A stretch of 64,000 bases of DNA from positions 41,912,001 through 41,976,000 of the forward strand of contig OZ231126.1 in the NCBI GenBank assembly GCA_965153355.1, in the 5' to 3' direction. The notes under the pieces are model-generated. The model was given only the letters and a program-made list of their open reading frames with translations. It had not been told where the DNA came from and ran no database searches. A program made the translations under genes and the position numbers. Every line of letters starts with the position of its first letter. Position 1 is the stretch's first letter. This document shows positions 16,617 to 32,700 of the stretch, piece by piece. Source of the DNA: Flaccisagitta enflata. Its lineage: Eukaryota.

Positions 16617-17685
16617 CTTACTTCATTTTTTTTCTTTTTCATTTGCCCATTCTGTAACCAGCAGGAGAAGAGTGGAACTACTTTTAAATGAATGTAAATT
16701 GTTCGACCCAGGGCAGAAAAAAAATCATTTTTTAAAAAATAAGGGAATGAGTTCAGTAAACATCTTTTGAGTTTGAAGGTGCCACCTAAGGGGTTTTAGA
16801 CACTTGAGAGCACCTTTTTAAACTAAGTGGCTTCGTCCGTCTGCTCGAACGTTTATTGGTCTTTTTTTCGACTGTTATGATCAGCACGCGCACACTGAGT
16901 AAAATACACTGGACTTATGATATCATGCAGTGTGAATATGATTGAAAGTGAGACTAACTTTGATTTGTTTGTTTGTTTTAATCGCGTGAGTGCGACTTTA
17001 GCGGTTGGTATGTCGGTCGGTCGGTCCGTCTATCCGACTGTCGGTCCGTCTGTCTGTCTGTCTTATTATTGAACTTTAAGCCTCGCCAAGTATTAAAAGG
17101 TCTTTTATCGTTGATTTTAGTGTATGAAAGGTGAGTATAGGTAGTAACAGTCACCCGCTCCGTTTTACCTCTAAATCCATACATACATACAAACATACAC
17201 ACGGCGAAACGATCGACGGACAAACGCAAATTTGAGTGTGTAGACCCCGGACTGCTCAGGAAGGGTTCTACAGCATGTGGGGAACACCAAACACCCGTCG
17301 CCAAATTAGTCTGAAGGCAAAAAATTGATTGAATGACATTTTAGTAGGACTGGGAAGAGCCCGATATTCAATGACAATTTTTTTTTAATTCACCTTCAAA
17401 ATTCTACTAGTTAAAGCTGATACAATGCTTGAGAAAATCATGTGACCAAGCAAATTACTGCAGCAAACACTAATTCTACAAAAATCCCATTTTCGCTTAT
17501 GTGGGAATGTCTCGTCGACTGCTTCTGCTGTTTCTAAGGAGGATATGTTTGAAATTTTCAATTACTTAATGACTGCATGTCTCCATCTGACTACGCATCT
17601 CTATGTCTGTCTCTGTCTTTTTGAATTTCTACCTCCGCAATCCTGTTTGTCTGTAAATCAATCTCCGTCTGTCCATTTGTATCTA

Positions 17686-17799
<114 letters not shown>

Positions 17800-18034
17800 A
17801 TCGTCCCCTCAGTCGTCTCCGTAATTTGCAGAAATTACTTTGAGAGAAATTTTAGCAGTATATCTTTCTATTTAACCAGGTATGACAAGTGGAACAATAT
17901 CCCTCACAGTCCAGACGCATGGTTGCTCGAACCAGCTTGTTTTTTTGTGTGCACCCTCCTCATATGTTTTCCGTTTGCATCCACTACCGTGTCAGGGAGT
18001 TTGTGTGTTTGAGTATTTGAGTGTAAGGATATTA

Positions 18035-18123
<89 letters not shown>

Positions 18124-18392
18124 TGCGTGTGTGTGTGTGTGTGTGTGCGTATTTCTCTGTGCCTGTGTGTGTCTGTTTAAGTGGGGGGAGGGTGCGTGCA
18201 TTCGTGAATGTATCTAATTAATCATAATTGAATTCGTGTACTTAAAAAAAAAGAAGAATTTAATGTATCACAGATAATCAGCGCAAAATTCACATGACAC
18301 AGTTACACAGTCCAGACCATCATTGCCCGATCTGATTCATTTTTTTGAGCATCCTCCATGTTTGTGTTCTGTTTGCATACACTCGCGTGCTA

Positions 18393-18493
<101 letters not shown>

Positions 18494-20258
18494 GGGTACA
18501 CGTGTGCGTGCATATATCTGTGTGCGTATTTCTCTGCCTGCATACTGGTGATCATGTGTATAATTAATTGTTAATCAAATTCATTCATTTATAAGTTTAT
18601 TCACTCTGTTTATTCACTTTGTGAGTATGCATTTTCAGTCGCGTGCTACGCAACTCTACATCCCGCTATATCCGTAATATATACTTAAGTCCATCCATCA
18701 TTCCATTAGTCAAACAGTTGGTCAGTCGGTCCCCTTTTCGAGCAGCGGCCCTGAAAGGGTCAATGACCTATGCTTTCACACATATGGAGAATTTTCTTCT
18801 CCTCCTTCATCCCCTCCTACATCGATCCGTCCCCTCTTCTTCTTGGGGCTCAAATCCTAGCCTTGAGGCCCAAAGTCTATCCTTGAGTCCCAAATTCTAG
18901 CCTCGAGACCCAAATCCCAGCCTCAAGGCCCAATTCTAGCCTTTAACTTGAAATCCCAGCCTCGCATCATAAGTTCCAGTTCTGAGGATATGGAGGAGGA
19001 GAAACTTCCTCATGTGTGTGAAAGCATAGGTCATCGACCCCTTTGGACGCACTGAAAATTACTATAGAATTTGCTACCTAACCCAGATGAATCATGATTT
19101 TTATAGAATGAAATTCTATCAAAATTCTTATTTTGTCAATTTCAATTAACTTGTCAAAATACACATTTTGCATAAATTAACTTGCATTTGCCGGTTTCGA
19201 TCTCACATTTTTCATTCAATAGCTGAAAAATCATATGATGTGCAATAAAGAATTGTTTTGTCAGTGTACCATGACCCATTGGAAATTTTAAATTTGCATA
19301 GATAATCAAAATATGGACAAAACAAGAACATAGCGCGATTCCTACATCAATAACTGAGCGCGCTATGTTCTTCTTTTGTTCATATTTTGATTTTCTATGC
19401 AAATTTAAAATTTCCTATGAGCAGTTACCTCAATGGTTGTTATCAATTTTTTTACTTTTTTGTCAGTTCAAAAGCAAGTTTCCTTCAGTCTTTTTGTGTC
19501 TTCGTCATTTGAAGTAACAGATTGGTTTCCTCGTTTAAGTTTATATTTCTAATTCATCAAAAAACAACGCAATCAATGATCAGTGCAAAAGTGGTAATGC
19601 AATTGGTAATTTAGTCCTCTGGGTAAACTCTCCTTATTTTATTTCAGTGCGTCTTAGGGGCCACCGCCCTGCTCCCTCCTTCAATTTCAATCACAACCTA
19701 ATTACGCAGGGCACAGGTAACGCTGACCTTCTAGTGCTTTTGCGACTCACTTTTTTGGCGCTTTGAGCTCACTGCTCCAGCCTAAATGCCCCAGTGACCT
19801 TATCTATCACTGCCCCTGCCCACCCACACGCGAATAGGGTAACCGTATATCTGGCCTTTAATTGTCTCTGTGTATGTGAAGTGATAGATCTAAAAATCAA
19901 CAGGGGGCTATTTGCGTATGCATCATGCACCAGATGAGTATGATTAATTTGTCATTTCATCATTGAGATCCTGCATATGGCATGGGACAGCTTTGTTGAA
20001 TGAATCAGCGGGGTAATCATAACATGTAGACTTCCATGCACACTACTGGTTACATTGTTAAAGATCTGGATGCCTCCTACGCGAACTACCACAAATTGCT
20101 CTTAGTTACCAATACGAGTGTTATTGATGGCCAGATGGCTAGATTGATGGGTCAACAGATGGACCGACCAACCAACAAAGAGAGTTGCAAACACGCAACA
20201 AATGAAAAAAAAAATAAAAGGTGGCCCAAATATTTTCAGAGATAAGCAGTCACATTAT

Positions 20259-20371
<113 letters not shown>

Positions 20372-20422
20372 CACACGGACACGGACACGCGCACACAATC
20401 ACACGAAAAAAATGAAGAAAAT

Positions 20423-20559
<137 letters not shown>

Positions 20560-21070
20560 GATACTGACAGACAGATATAGTCAAATATACAGACAAATAA
20601 TGATGGACTGATCGACATTAAGGTATCTAATCATCAAAAAAACATAGATGCGGATTTCCTTGGCATTCTCTTTATGGAAGCAGTCAACGAGACCTTCAAG
20701 CTTTCCCAAAATTAAGAATGTTGAAGAATGTCACATTTCATACTGAATTTTCCACAGTAATGTGATTTTCGCAAATGATAAAGCAAGAACTGCTTTCATG
20801 AATAGAAAAATAATGATGTTCTTGAAACTCAATTATGGTACTTTTGCAGTATAACATAAGTGTCATGTAATCAATTTTTTGCCTTCAAAGTAATTTGCCA
20901 ACGGGTGTTTGGTGTTCCCCACATGCTCTGGGACCCTTCTGGACCAGCCCCGGGTCTGCACACTCAAAATTACGTTTGTCCGTCGATTGTTTCACCGTGT
21001 ACATACACACATACATACACACATACATACGTACATACATACATACATAGATACGTATATACGTACATAC

Positions 21071-21101
<31 letters not shown>

Positions 21102-21893
21102 CATACATACATACATACATACATACATACATACATACATACATACATACATACATACATACATACATACATTAATATGTAATGTATTACGTTATTAGAT
21201 CACAGCATGCTTTCATAAAACTATAATAACATAAAAACATAATTACAATACATACTTAATCATGAAAATGGATGGACCGACGGATTGACCGATGGTCCGA
21301 CCGACTGACCCACTGATAGACTGACTAAAAGGGACATTTATATTTCAACGACTTATTTCCTTCTTTTTCGCGATGACGCGGAGTTTCAACCCAAAGAAAG
21401 AGGAAGTCGTTGACTTCATAGACACTCACACTTAATGAAACTTGAAAATGGGCAAAAAAACCAATGGAGGAAGAAAACAATTCGTAACAAACAGATGGAA
21501 GGAAAAAAACTCTCGTAGTTAAGGGAAGAATACAAACTGAAACAATAACGATGAATGGGAAAACTCTCTCAGTTAAAGTAGAAAACAATCCGGAACAAAC
21601 AGACAGAAGGGTAAAAACTGAAAAATTCAGTACGTACACCCAATTGACATCAGTACACCCAATTGACATAGATAGGCCCATAAGGACGGCTATCTTTTCC
21701 AAACCCTATGGTAACAACCCTGGGCCCCATGCTCTCTTTTGTGCGTTCAATGCGGAACGTTATTATTTTCATGTTTTTTACACATTCGCAGATTTACTGG
21801 GAAAGTGGCCCCAATATCTTGATCGTCAATTTGGTACTTCCATTTTTAGTGTTTTGATTGAGCGACATTACACATATGGTGAAAATTGATGGA

Positions 21894-22078
21894 AGAAAAA
21901 TATTTCGTTTGGGAGACTCATATGATGTTTTTAATGATAAAAACAGAAATTTTCAAAGCATATAGACGCTTCATCTATAATTTGTAACAGCTGAAGATAA
22001 AGCGTTCATATGCTTTAAAAGATTCTGTTTTTTATCATTAAAAACATCCTGTGAGTCTCCCAAACGAAATGTTTTTCT
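21894..22078. repeat. ~185-bp imperfect palindrome (MITE core or foldback remnant)
   Basis: ATTTCGTTTGGGAGACTCA...GATGTTTTTAATGATAAAA vs TTTTATCATTAAAAACATC...TGAGTCTCCCAAACGAAAT. Confidence 0.7.
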
Positions 22079-24265
22079 ACATCTTTAGTGTTTACCCAAT
22101 CGAAATCGTGTCAAAATGAAATCCGTCAGGTTCGACAGACGACGGATCTAAAATTCTGGATGTATTTTCAAACAGAAAAAACAAGGACGGATAAACGGAT
22201 ACCTAGATTGCGGATGGGTGGGCTGGGTCAATAACTAAGGCTTGACAGCAGAAATCGAGTCGCATTTTCTGGACAAATTTCAACACCACTCAGAGAAGCA
22301 GTCCGGACGCATCGTTGCCCCGTCGAGCTTGTTCGTGCTTTAAACTTAATGGTCCAACCGGCAATAAACCATCATTTAACTAAAATCATTCTCTAATGAT
22401 TACACGCGACACGCAAAAAAAAAAAGTCGCTGATTTTGCAACATGTGCTTTCTAGTTTTCGTATGCTGCCTCAGGCCACCAGATTAGAAAATCAATATTT
22501 GAGTTTTCCCCCCGCAAATGAAAAAAGGCAATTCGTAGTAGAATTTGCTCTCCTGCTTAAAGGTGCCTCGAATCGATTGATTGAAAAAAAAACAAGGTCT
22601 GCAGATGATATTATAACAGATTGATGCATCTTCAAACTGCTTTAGACTAAGAAATCCATGTTTACCTGACGATGAATCATATTGGTCGCATTCGTATCAA
22701 CAAGAAAAAAAAACTTATGAGAGACAGTTAGACGGACATCTGCGGCAGCAGGCGCACGGTCCAATGCATGGACACAAGTACACATCAATACTGTCCTTCT
22801 GTAATACACGCATCGAATGTATATATATCCGAATTTAACCGTATCTGACGTTGAAGGACCTCTCAAACCACAGCCAAAGTCCCACAGCGGAAGCTACAGT
22901 CCCACAACCACAGTCACGACTACAATCTACTAGCCAAAGTCCTACAGTAACACCGTCAAACAGTCCCACAACCACAGACCCACAGTCACAACGTCCCACA
23001 GTCCCACAACCACAGTCACACAGACACACAGTCCTTCTGCCTAAATCACTGTCCACAACCCCACAATCCTATAGTTCCACAGTCCCCTAGTCCCACAGCT
23101 GTTAGCACGCATAGAAATTATAATTTTCTCTTCCAATCTCGGTAGAGTGATTCGCGGCCCCTTTTTTTTATCGTCAATTGCGGCAATTGAGATAGTTTCT
23201 CGCTTGATTGAATTTACCACTCCCAAAGTGCAGTCCGACCGACTCCAGACCACATAAAATAGCTCCATTCCTCGTTCATTTCATTTCTGTGTTGGTTAAC
23301 ATTTTTTTTTCCTTTGTTGTTGCAATTTCATGTAGTAAAATCATACATAAAAAAAAGTTTAAGAAAGGCCTAATGCAACGATCCGTTGAATGAATTCAAT
23401 TCAACAAAAAAACAAAAACAAAAACAAAAAGAATAAAATAGATTTAGTTTCTTTGTACTTAGTCGCGTTTGCGTTGTGACTCCAGAAAATTTGTAAATAA
23501 GTGAATGAATGAATAGATGAATGAATGAATGAATGAATGAGTGAATGAATGAATGAATGAATGAATGAATGAATGAATGAATGAATGAATGAATGAATGA
23601 ATGAATGAATGAATGTGAATGAATGCATTAATGAATCAATGAATCGATGAATAAATGAAAAAATCAATGAATAAATGAATGAATGAATGAATGAATGAAT
23701 GAATGAATGAATGAATGAATGAATGAATGAATGAATGAATTAGGAGCATTTCTCCGAACATATGACTGAAATAATGTTTATCTGTCTCATAAATGAATGG
23801 AATGAATATTCACACCGAATGATATATCTTGAGTGTGCGCGACTAAAAAACTATTTCCCTATGTCCGTTGGTCCTTCCGTGGGTTACACTCAAGTCTGAA
23901 AGTATGAAAACGCGTGTTTGATGCCGCGGCCCGGTTGTGATAGTTTATGTGTGGAGGGGGATAGTATACCCCTGCTCAACCCGTTCGCGACCATATTTTA
24001 ACCCAGCGTTACTGGTTATTTTTGCCGCTGAACTTTTTAGGTTTATTTTATATGTCAGTCTTTTCTTAGATGATACGGTTATTTAAATCCATTCCACGAA
24101 TTCTTTTATTAGGTAACGGGCGTATTGTCCCTATTTTCATTTACATTCAAGACCATGTATATTAGGCATGGGCCCATAAAAGTTTAGAAATAAAAATTCG
24201 AGTTCTTTTTCTGTTTTTCGGTTACACATTAAATCTAACACACACTCCAACAAAAAAAAGCTTAC

Positions 24266-26139
24266 TTGTAACAAATCACAGCCAAGTTGAATTTTTCTTG
24301 GTTCTTTGGATCATCTTTTGCGAAATCATGGTTCTGCAGCAAAGTCCGTGACGTCGAAACTAAAACATTGGATGACGATGACGACGATGAAGTTGATGAT
24401 GACGCCGACGGCGATGAAGTTGATGTAGGGCACGTCGCTGACAACGTCAATCGCGTCGTTGTCGCCGTCGTCATTGGCGTGGGCGTCGTCGTCATTGTCG
24501 TCGTTGTTGTAATCAACGTGGCGGACTTTAAAGAGGTCAATAACGCCGATGACGACGACGAGGACGACGGTAATGACGATGATGACGAAACCGGTGATGT
24601 CACAATTTTGACGGAACGCGCACGACGCGAGGATGATGACGATGACGATAACGTCGATGAAGCTTGACGCCGATCGACGCCGGGATAAGCAGAAGCTGTT
24701 GACATAGTCTCTAGGGCGCCGGCGGTTGTGATGGCTGCGGCGGCGGCAGCAGTTACAACGGCGGAGGCGGTGGCGGTGGCGGTGGCGGCTGCGACCGGAT
24801 GAAGGATGGTGGCGGTGGCCGTGACGCTCGGTTCCGTGACGATGGACGCGGTGCCGATGATGTGGCAGCCGGCGCCGATAATATTTCCGCCTTTGCTGGC
24901 GCCGGAAATCGGCGTTGTTCTCGTGAGACCGCTGCCGGAAATCGGCGTCGTCGTTGTCGTTATCGGCGTCGTGTCTCTGCCGATGGAGCAAATCGCCGAT
25001 GAATCATCTCTCAATAATGACGAAGCCGTCTTGGCTCCATTCCGTGTCCCGGGTGAATGCGTCGCGTTTATGTTCGTCGTTAATTTCGTCGTCGTTCTCG
25101 TCGTCATCATCATCGTCGTCGCTGGTTCCATCGTCTTTGCCGTCGTCTTCATCGTTGTCGCTTCACTTTGCCTCGTAGAAAGTTGTATCAATTCGTATTT
25201 TCCATCTAACGAGAAAGACGCTTTTCCCTCGTCGTCGTCGTCGTCGTCGTCGTCGTTTTTGTGGCGAATTTGTTCGTCCACACTGCCGCCTTTGTCGAGT
25301 TTGTTAACAATACTATCAATTTCATTGCATTTGTTTCGTTCTCCGTTAACATTTGCCGTTTTACCGTCGCCGTCATCGCCGTTACGGTCGCCATCATCGC
25401 CGTTACGGTCGCCGTTGTTTTCAACGACGTTCATTCTCGCCGTCGCGCTGGTCCTCAAAAACGCCGTTGGCGAAATCGCGATGGGACGAATCGCGTACGG
25501 AAATTTGATCGAGGTTGTGGTGGTAGATGGAGGTTCCGAGGATTGACGCTGGTCTAGAGGAAGTGGAGGGTCGTGATGATGATGATGACGAAGATGATGA
25601 AGATGATGAAGATGAGGAGGAGGAGAGATAGGAGGGGTCGAAGCAGTTGAACTAGGCGGAGAATATAGAAGATGATGTTGATGATCGCTACGAGGCTGAT
25701 CGCTTGCATTATCATTAATACCACGAGATGATTCGATTTCATTAGATCCGTATCTTTGATGATACGCTCTAGAAGCGATATAATGACGAAGATCCGGGGA
25801 AGTTCGATTTCGCGGGATTGAACCCGGGGAAGACGAAGCGGAGGAAGGGGAAAAAGAGGACGAAAAGGAAAGGGAAGGAGAGTAGGAGGTAGAAGAAGCG
25901 TAGAAAGGGGAAGGTCCGAAGTAAGCAGGCTGAGGCGGAGGAGGAGGAGGGGGAAAAAGAGGCGGGTCATCGTCTATGGGTTTGTCCTTTGAGGAGTTTA
26001 GATCACGACGCCCATGAAACTGAGGAGGGAAAATCACTTGAATAGGTTCAATTGAGATTCGAGGAAAATCTGATAAATCCTCGGAAGAAGAGGAGGCGGA
26101 GGAGGGAGGATGCTCGTTCCACCACTCGAACGATGATGG

Positions 26140-26216
<77 letters not shown>

Positions 26217-26696
26217 CTTTTGAAAGCGTGAATTGATTCACTCGTCCATGTTTGTCAACGCTAATTGTCGTTTTCCCAAAGTCGCTTTGTGACATCTCTT
26301 CCCTTCCATTGATCCCTTTCACATTGTTCCTTCCATCTCTTCCTGATATCAGCGTTTCCTCCTCTTTTCCCTCCTCCATCTCGCCTCCCACTCCCACCTC
26401 CGCCCGTCTCGTGTTTCTTTTATCATCTTCCATTTCGGGATATTCTCCAAGGGACAGTTCTTCCTCCATTTTATCTAAATCGCTCACGTCAGCAGGCGGA
26501 TAACTTTCGCTGCGGGCGATAACCCTTCGCGAACCACCCGGTGAGCCTTGTCTCGTCGTTTCCTGCGCTGCCGACGTCGTCGTCGTCGACATTGTCTTTT
26601 TGTTCTTCACTGTCGTCATCGTCGTCGTTATCGTTGTAACGTCGTCTGCGCCACTTTCTGTCTTCGACATCACGTTTGCGTCAACACTTGAATTAA
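24266..26696 (-). CDS. Exon A: giant (2431 bp, ~810 codons) low-complexity S/T/P/D/H-rich coding exon with a Q25 tract; probably an upstream exon of the minus-strand pLGIC gene (link inferred)
   Basis: The 803-aa ORF is mostly not simple repeat. Acceptor is ttctctcctctcgttcAG|TTAATT at 26696 (phase 1); donor is TACAA|GTAAGC at 24266 (phase 2), and the ORF's stop lies inside the GTAA donor. No recognisable folded domain. It could instead be the last exon of a separate gene. Confidence 0.65.
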
Positions 26697-27648
26697 CTGA
26701 ACGAGAGGAGAGAAGGAATTTATGTAAATTTGTACATGTCTTTTTTTTTTTCTGTCTGGAATGAGCTTTTTTTCTGTTCGGCGAAGATAGCCGGCAGTCA
26801 TAAAGGTATAAAGGTAAAGGAAAAGGAGTTGAATATGTAACTAACGTTTTAGAAACTTCGATGTCAGTTTAGAAGCTAATTTGCATATTGCATCGTCGAA
26901 TATGTTGTCATTTCGCTACAACAAGACAAATGCAACTTCGTGTAATAGGAGAAGAAAAAAAGAATTAAACTTAAAAGCATGAAAGGGGGGGTAAAATCAG
27001 GTTTATATGAAAAAATATGAATAAGCAAAGCTTTAAATGTTGCCTGCCCTTGTATTTGGACAATTAGATCGACCTGTATCCATCAAGTGAACCAAAAAAT
27101 GACAGGCCCTCTGAAATTTATGGGCTCTTTTCCTCGGAACTATCGGAACATCTTACAGTTATCCGAGCAACCGGTCGACCTGTACCCAGGTTAGCAATCC
27201 GGCGGGATCGCTCAGCTAACAATTTTGTCTTGATGCAGCGCGCTCAGTAAGAGGCACAGAAGCAACTGCGTCATCTTGGGCGTCTGGACGATCGGTTAAA
27301 ATTTCCGCCTTTATTCACCCGGCTAGGTGTAGTAACATCCACAGGTACGTACAAAAAAAGAACGTGTCGATGTCATCATACTAACAATATCCTCCTCGTG
27401 TGGTAAAGACACAAACTGGCGCACAAGCACGCGCACGTCTCTGCCGTAAGATTATTCCATTTCAGCGATTGCATTGGGATACCCACGGCTGTCATTTGGT
27501 TGAGTTATTGCCTCAGAATAGAATGGGGTATTCGCCCTATATGTTGGTTTGGCGGAGTTGGTTGCTCCATCTGCCACGGCAGTTTATTTTGTTGTTGATA
27601 GTCGTTGGTTTATGGATTTTGCTTGTGGTTAATGTCCGTTAGAGAGAA

Positions 27649-27878
27649 AACAAGGACAACCCTTTACAGTCGCGTGCGGTTGTTAAGACCATTAAACCAA
27701 AAGACTAAAAGACAAAGAGTCTTAAATTAACTTTGAATAACTTAAAATGACTTAAAATGACTTAAAATGTCGTAAAATGTCGAAAAAAGCTAAGCGTAAC
27801 AGACCGACCGACAGACCAACCGACCAACCGACAGACGGACAGAGTGGGTTGTAGAGTCGCGTGCACGCGACTAAAAAA
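27649..27878 (-). mobile_element. HINE-like element
   Basis: AACAAGG...(GACC)n...AGAGTCGCGTGCACGCGACTAAAAA, the same architecture as 1153-1320. Confidence 0.65.
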
Positions 27879-28057
27879 TCCGGGTGCAGTTGTTGTTTAG
27901 GGAAGAGATCGTCAGAAGTGGGAATGGGTGGCAACTACCGACTAGTGAGGGAGAAGTTGCTCATAATTTGTAACCTATTTAGGTAATAAGTAATTTACTA
28001 CAAGTAAAATGTACTGAAAAGTTTTTTGGGCAGGCGTAGTGATGCAACATAGCAAAG

Positions 28058-29155
28058 CCAATAGCAGCCCAAAGGCAGTAAGTGGTCAGCGGTACCCGTG
28101 CCCCGCTTGAGTAGTATGTGATTTAGGTTGAGGGGGAGCAGGGCAGCGGCTCTAAAGGGTACAAAGTCCGAAGGAATCTGTCCGTCTGTCCATCCGTCCG
28201 TCTGTTCGTCCTTCTGTCTGTCTTCCGTCCAGGATGTCCTGTTATTCAAACTCTCATTGAATAACATGGTGAAAGGACAAAAGGCAGTATATGGGCATTG
28301 GCTCCCGTCCCTTTCTTAAAAATTGACTTGAGGAGGGGAGCAGGCCAGGATCTGGGTCTCTGAGGCCAGGATTTGGGTCTCTGGTCTCAGAGATCAGAAT
28401 CTGGGTCCCAGAGGTCAAGATCTGCGTCAAAATCTGGACTAGCAAGTAGGTTCTAGAAGCCAGAATCTGTGTATCAGAAGCCAATAGTCGCAAAAGCGTT
28501 ACATGGTCAGCGGTACCCGATGCCCCTAAATTAGTTTATGCAGGGATGTGAAGGTGAGAGGGGCAGATGACCTATGATTCCACACACGGCGATTTTCAAG
28601 AGGCCTAATATGGGGTCTGAAAGGCCTGATTTTAGGTCTGGGAGGCCTGATGTGCCTTATTTAGGGTCTTAAAGATCTCAGGTAATTCTGAAAGGCTTGA
28701 ATTGAGGTCTGAGAGGCTTGAATTTGAGTCTAAGAAGCTTTTGTTGAGGTGTTAGAGTCCAGATTTGCAGTCTGAGAGGCCTGATTTGGGATTCAAGAGA
28801 CCTGATTTGAGGTCTGAGAGACCTGATTTGGGGTCTGAAATGCCTTATTTGGGCTCTGAGAGGCATGAATTGGGTCTCAAGGGCTTGAATTAGATTGAAG
28901 GACTTGAATTGGAGTCTGAGAGGCTTGAATTGGGGTCTGGAGGCGTGATTTGGTGTCTGAGAGGCCCAATTTTGGGTCTGAGAGGCCTGATTTGGAGTCT
29001 GAGAGGCCTGATCTATGGTGTGAGAGGCCTGATTGGGGTCTATGGATCTGATTAGAGGCCAAGGGGGGGGACGGAAAATGGAAAACGGAAACCGGAGAAA
29101 ATCGCCCTGTGTGGAATCATGGGTGATCTGCCCTCCGGGGCCTTTGCCCAAAAAG
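28058..29155. mobile_element. Two adjacent HINE-like modules with a 21-bp minisatellite
   Basis: GGTCAGCGGTACCCG starts at ~28083 and ~28505, and the region has CTGAGAGGCCTGATTTGGGGT-type repeats. Homologous to 126-740 and 47100-47500. Confidence 0.6.
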
Positions 29156-29512
29156 AGGCAAAATGATAGGACTGGGAAAGGTGGGATTTTCTATTCTGAT
29201 TTTTGACATTTACTTGAATTTTGCCATTTGTGAATTGTTACAACACTGAACTTAGGCCCCAAAGAACAAAACCCTGAAAGAAACGAAGGGGACAATAGTT
29301 TATATACATATGGATGAATGGATGGATGGACGGATGGACGGCAGATGGGCGATGGATAGATGGGCAGATAGGCAGGCAGATGGATGAGCCAGACTTAATT
29401 CCCTCTGTATTTGAGACTTTGTCCCTTCAAGGCCACTGCCCAAGCTGTCACAAAGGCATAGCTCAAGAATCCCAATTCATAAAGCAGAAGCTTGTATTTC
29501 TTTTTTTTGCAG

Positions 29513-29640
<128 letters not shown>

Positions 29641-29769
29641 CAGAAGACAAAGCTTCTGTCGATTTTTTGTCATCCAAAATTTCACGTTACCTACCTACCT
29701 ACCTCTGTACCTACCTACCTCCCTCCCTAACTACATACCTACCTACTTACGGACACTCCCTCTTATAGA

Positions 29770-32700
29770 GTCGCTTTGCAAGTATGGATAAGGGAGACTA
29801 GACAGCAGCGGTGAAATGTTTCATTATCCCTTCGTTATATTTTCCCTTTGCCTGCTTTTCTCCTTGGTTAAACGTGGGATAGAGCTCATTTGTAATTATG
29901 TTTTCCACCTACGACGCAATGAACGCTTCATTCCGACTGCTGAATCTCAATAATGCTTCACCATTTTACGATTGATTGCGCACTAGTACTTACCATTATC
30001 TTCACTCTCCTCGGCCTCATTCTGCTGCTTCTTTTCCAGTTATTGTTTTAGTTACTAAACATGAACTAAGATCACAGCGTTACTATTATGTCACACCATG
30101 AGATATCCAGTTATCTGTTACTTCATAAATTGTTAACTCAGCATTTTACTTATCGTGACTGTTAAATGTTGCAGCTTTTGACAGAATTATTCATTTGAAT
30201 ACACAGTGTGAACAAGTTATGTGTTGTAAAATGTCGGAGCCCTGTTGTCAGAAGCAGCGGTTTTGAAAAACCTTTGCCCAACAGTTATCACTTGCCCACA
30301 TCAGCGACTCGCTGGCCTGCTCATGAGGTAACTTGACACCGTCAGACGTCAAATTTTTCGCCATCACCTTTTCTTTTTTAGTGTAAAACAACGCCATCGT
30401 TAAAATTGCTCGTCGATGCGTCAATGAGCGGATCTGATTTGAGCGTTTGAGTATCGCACGCACGACGGAGTTATATCACAGACTTTTTTTTGGGTGGTTC
30501 TTCCGGGGAAGGACGTCTCAGGGGATTCGCCGTCTCGCGCGTCCATCTGTTCGACCACTTACCATACCGTTAACTTCATCACGTTTCACCTCAGACCGTT
30601 TTCAATAACTGGCTTCGCTCAACACGCCAGGCTCACCTGGCTCGTGCCCACCCAGCCTGCCACCTGGCTCATGCCAACCCGGCTCAGGCTCAAATTCTGG
30701 TTCAACAGTTCAGGTCAATGGTCTTCAGAACACGTTTCATAGGCTCATCCAACACCAGTTCTTCTTCCAGTACTTCAGTCATCTTCAGGCCCAAATTAGG
30801 CTCATTATGTTCGTAAAGAGCAACAGCTTCAACACCCGACGCGCTGGGGAAAGCTTCTTTAATCAGCGCGTGACTATATATTCAATAATAAAGGTCATAT
30901 GGCGAAGTCTCAGCTCTACAGGTTCTTCGGACGCGTTTTGTTTTCATTACATCATGTGCAGGGCATGGTATCACATATGTTACACATATTTGCAGACAGC
31001 CTATTCCACAGCCACACTCCATCAAACAATATCGGGAGACTGAGAATTTTCCTAGTCAGCCGTAATAATCTGACCAAAATAGCTTCACAATGCACGTTAA
31101 ATTAAACTTACCAAATACTTCAAGGTTATGCTTGTTTGATCCAGCACAACCAAAATCCCAAACTTCTTTGAAATGTGAGCTGACACAAAATTTGTTTTTT
31201 GAATGAAACACAGCACTTTGGATCTAAGAACCGTGTCTCCCCACAATCCCCACTTTTTTAGAAAATCCTTCATTATGTTTGTCTCCTAGCTCAAGAAGTT
31301 CGTTTTATCATCGAGATCAACACAGCATATAAAGTTACGCACTCGTAACAATTAAGAAAGATTGCCCGTTGCTCGTTGTTGACGCAAGAGACACATGTAA
31401 CATGATTCGATTTAGATCCGAGGTCACATTATATTAAGAGCATACGACATTGCCAGTTTATGCTTGATATCAGTCCATAAATACCATTCCATATTTTACT
31501 GTTGTATATAGGCGAGCGCGTGCACGAGACTCTATAACCTTCAGGACATGGATAGCCCGTCCGTCGGTACCTGCCAGCATTAATGGCAGTGCATCACTTG
31601 CCTTGATATTTTTTAATATTTTTAAACATTTTTTGGATGCGATTTAGTAGTCAGAATCATAAATCTGCTGAATGAAAGATAATACAGAAGATTGCAACAG
31701 CGCAGCTTAAATGCCATCAAAGTAGTTCATTTAAACGGAGCACGGAATGCCTCACATGTGAATGCAATATTGTTGAAGGTTAATCTTAAAAGGATCAGCC
31801 TCGATTAAGAACAATTTAATAACGTAACTTCTGGATGCAAAAACACGTCACCATTAGAGACGAAAATTTTTTTCAAAATCATTATTGATATCATCGATGT
31901 GAAAACGCGCTTGCTGATACCTATACGCCTTTTGACTGTTTTCTGCTAACATACTAGCGTTATAGCGCGTTGTTTTAGGTTTTTCGCTTAACGATTGAAT
32001 TTATAATGAAAATTAATAACATGTTGGGTATGAATATAAACACGACCACTGAAGTTTTACTGTCATGATAATGATCTATATCATTTGGGAATGATGGTGA
32101 TTTTGCCTTATACTGCTTTCGTGACTTAATATCTGCTTTGCTGGTTGCCTGTTCAGGCCTGGTCCACCTGGCCCAGCCTACTTTGTCAAATGTTCACTAC
32201 ACAATATACGTGGAGTGTCTAGTAATGTGTCTGGCCTAGCAAACACACAACATTTCAATGTCGAGGTGGGAAGGCAGGATCGCTGCCCACGGTGGCTGCC
32301 ATCGCCCGCCTGCCTTCGCCAGCTTCCTCCTGTCTCTCTCATCTCCTCTTTCTCTTCTCTGAGACAAATTGGCAGTGACCCAGGTCACACAGAGAGGGGC
32401 AAACCACCACACCGCCCACCACACACTTCACACATAGCAGCGTCTAAAATGCCAGTTCACATTGTCTCGACACCGGATCATTATATTAAATGATAGTGCC
32501 TTCTATAGAGTTGCATCCGCAACAGAGCGGAGATTTGGTAAAACAAGATATAAATCAAAACTATAAAAAGAACAGGTAAAATTATCTTTTATTAGAGGTT
32601 ACCCCTTGTGTACACAGATGAAAAAGAAAAATCTGAAACCAGATTTAATAAAAGGTCGTTTCAATATAACCAGAATGGGTGCCTTATTGCTATATAAAGC

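Noticed and set aside
27060-27640. Possible decayed retrotransposon protease fragment (LMDTG on the minus strand near 27072-27086)
   Set aside because: Only a 3-residue motif with no sustained ORF; it needs a translated HMM search and is unsupported as it stands.
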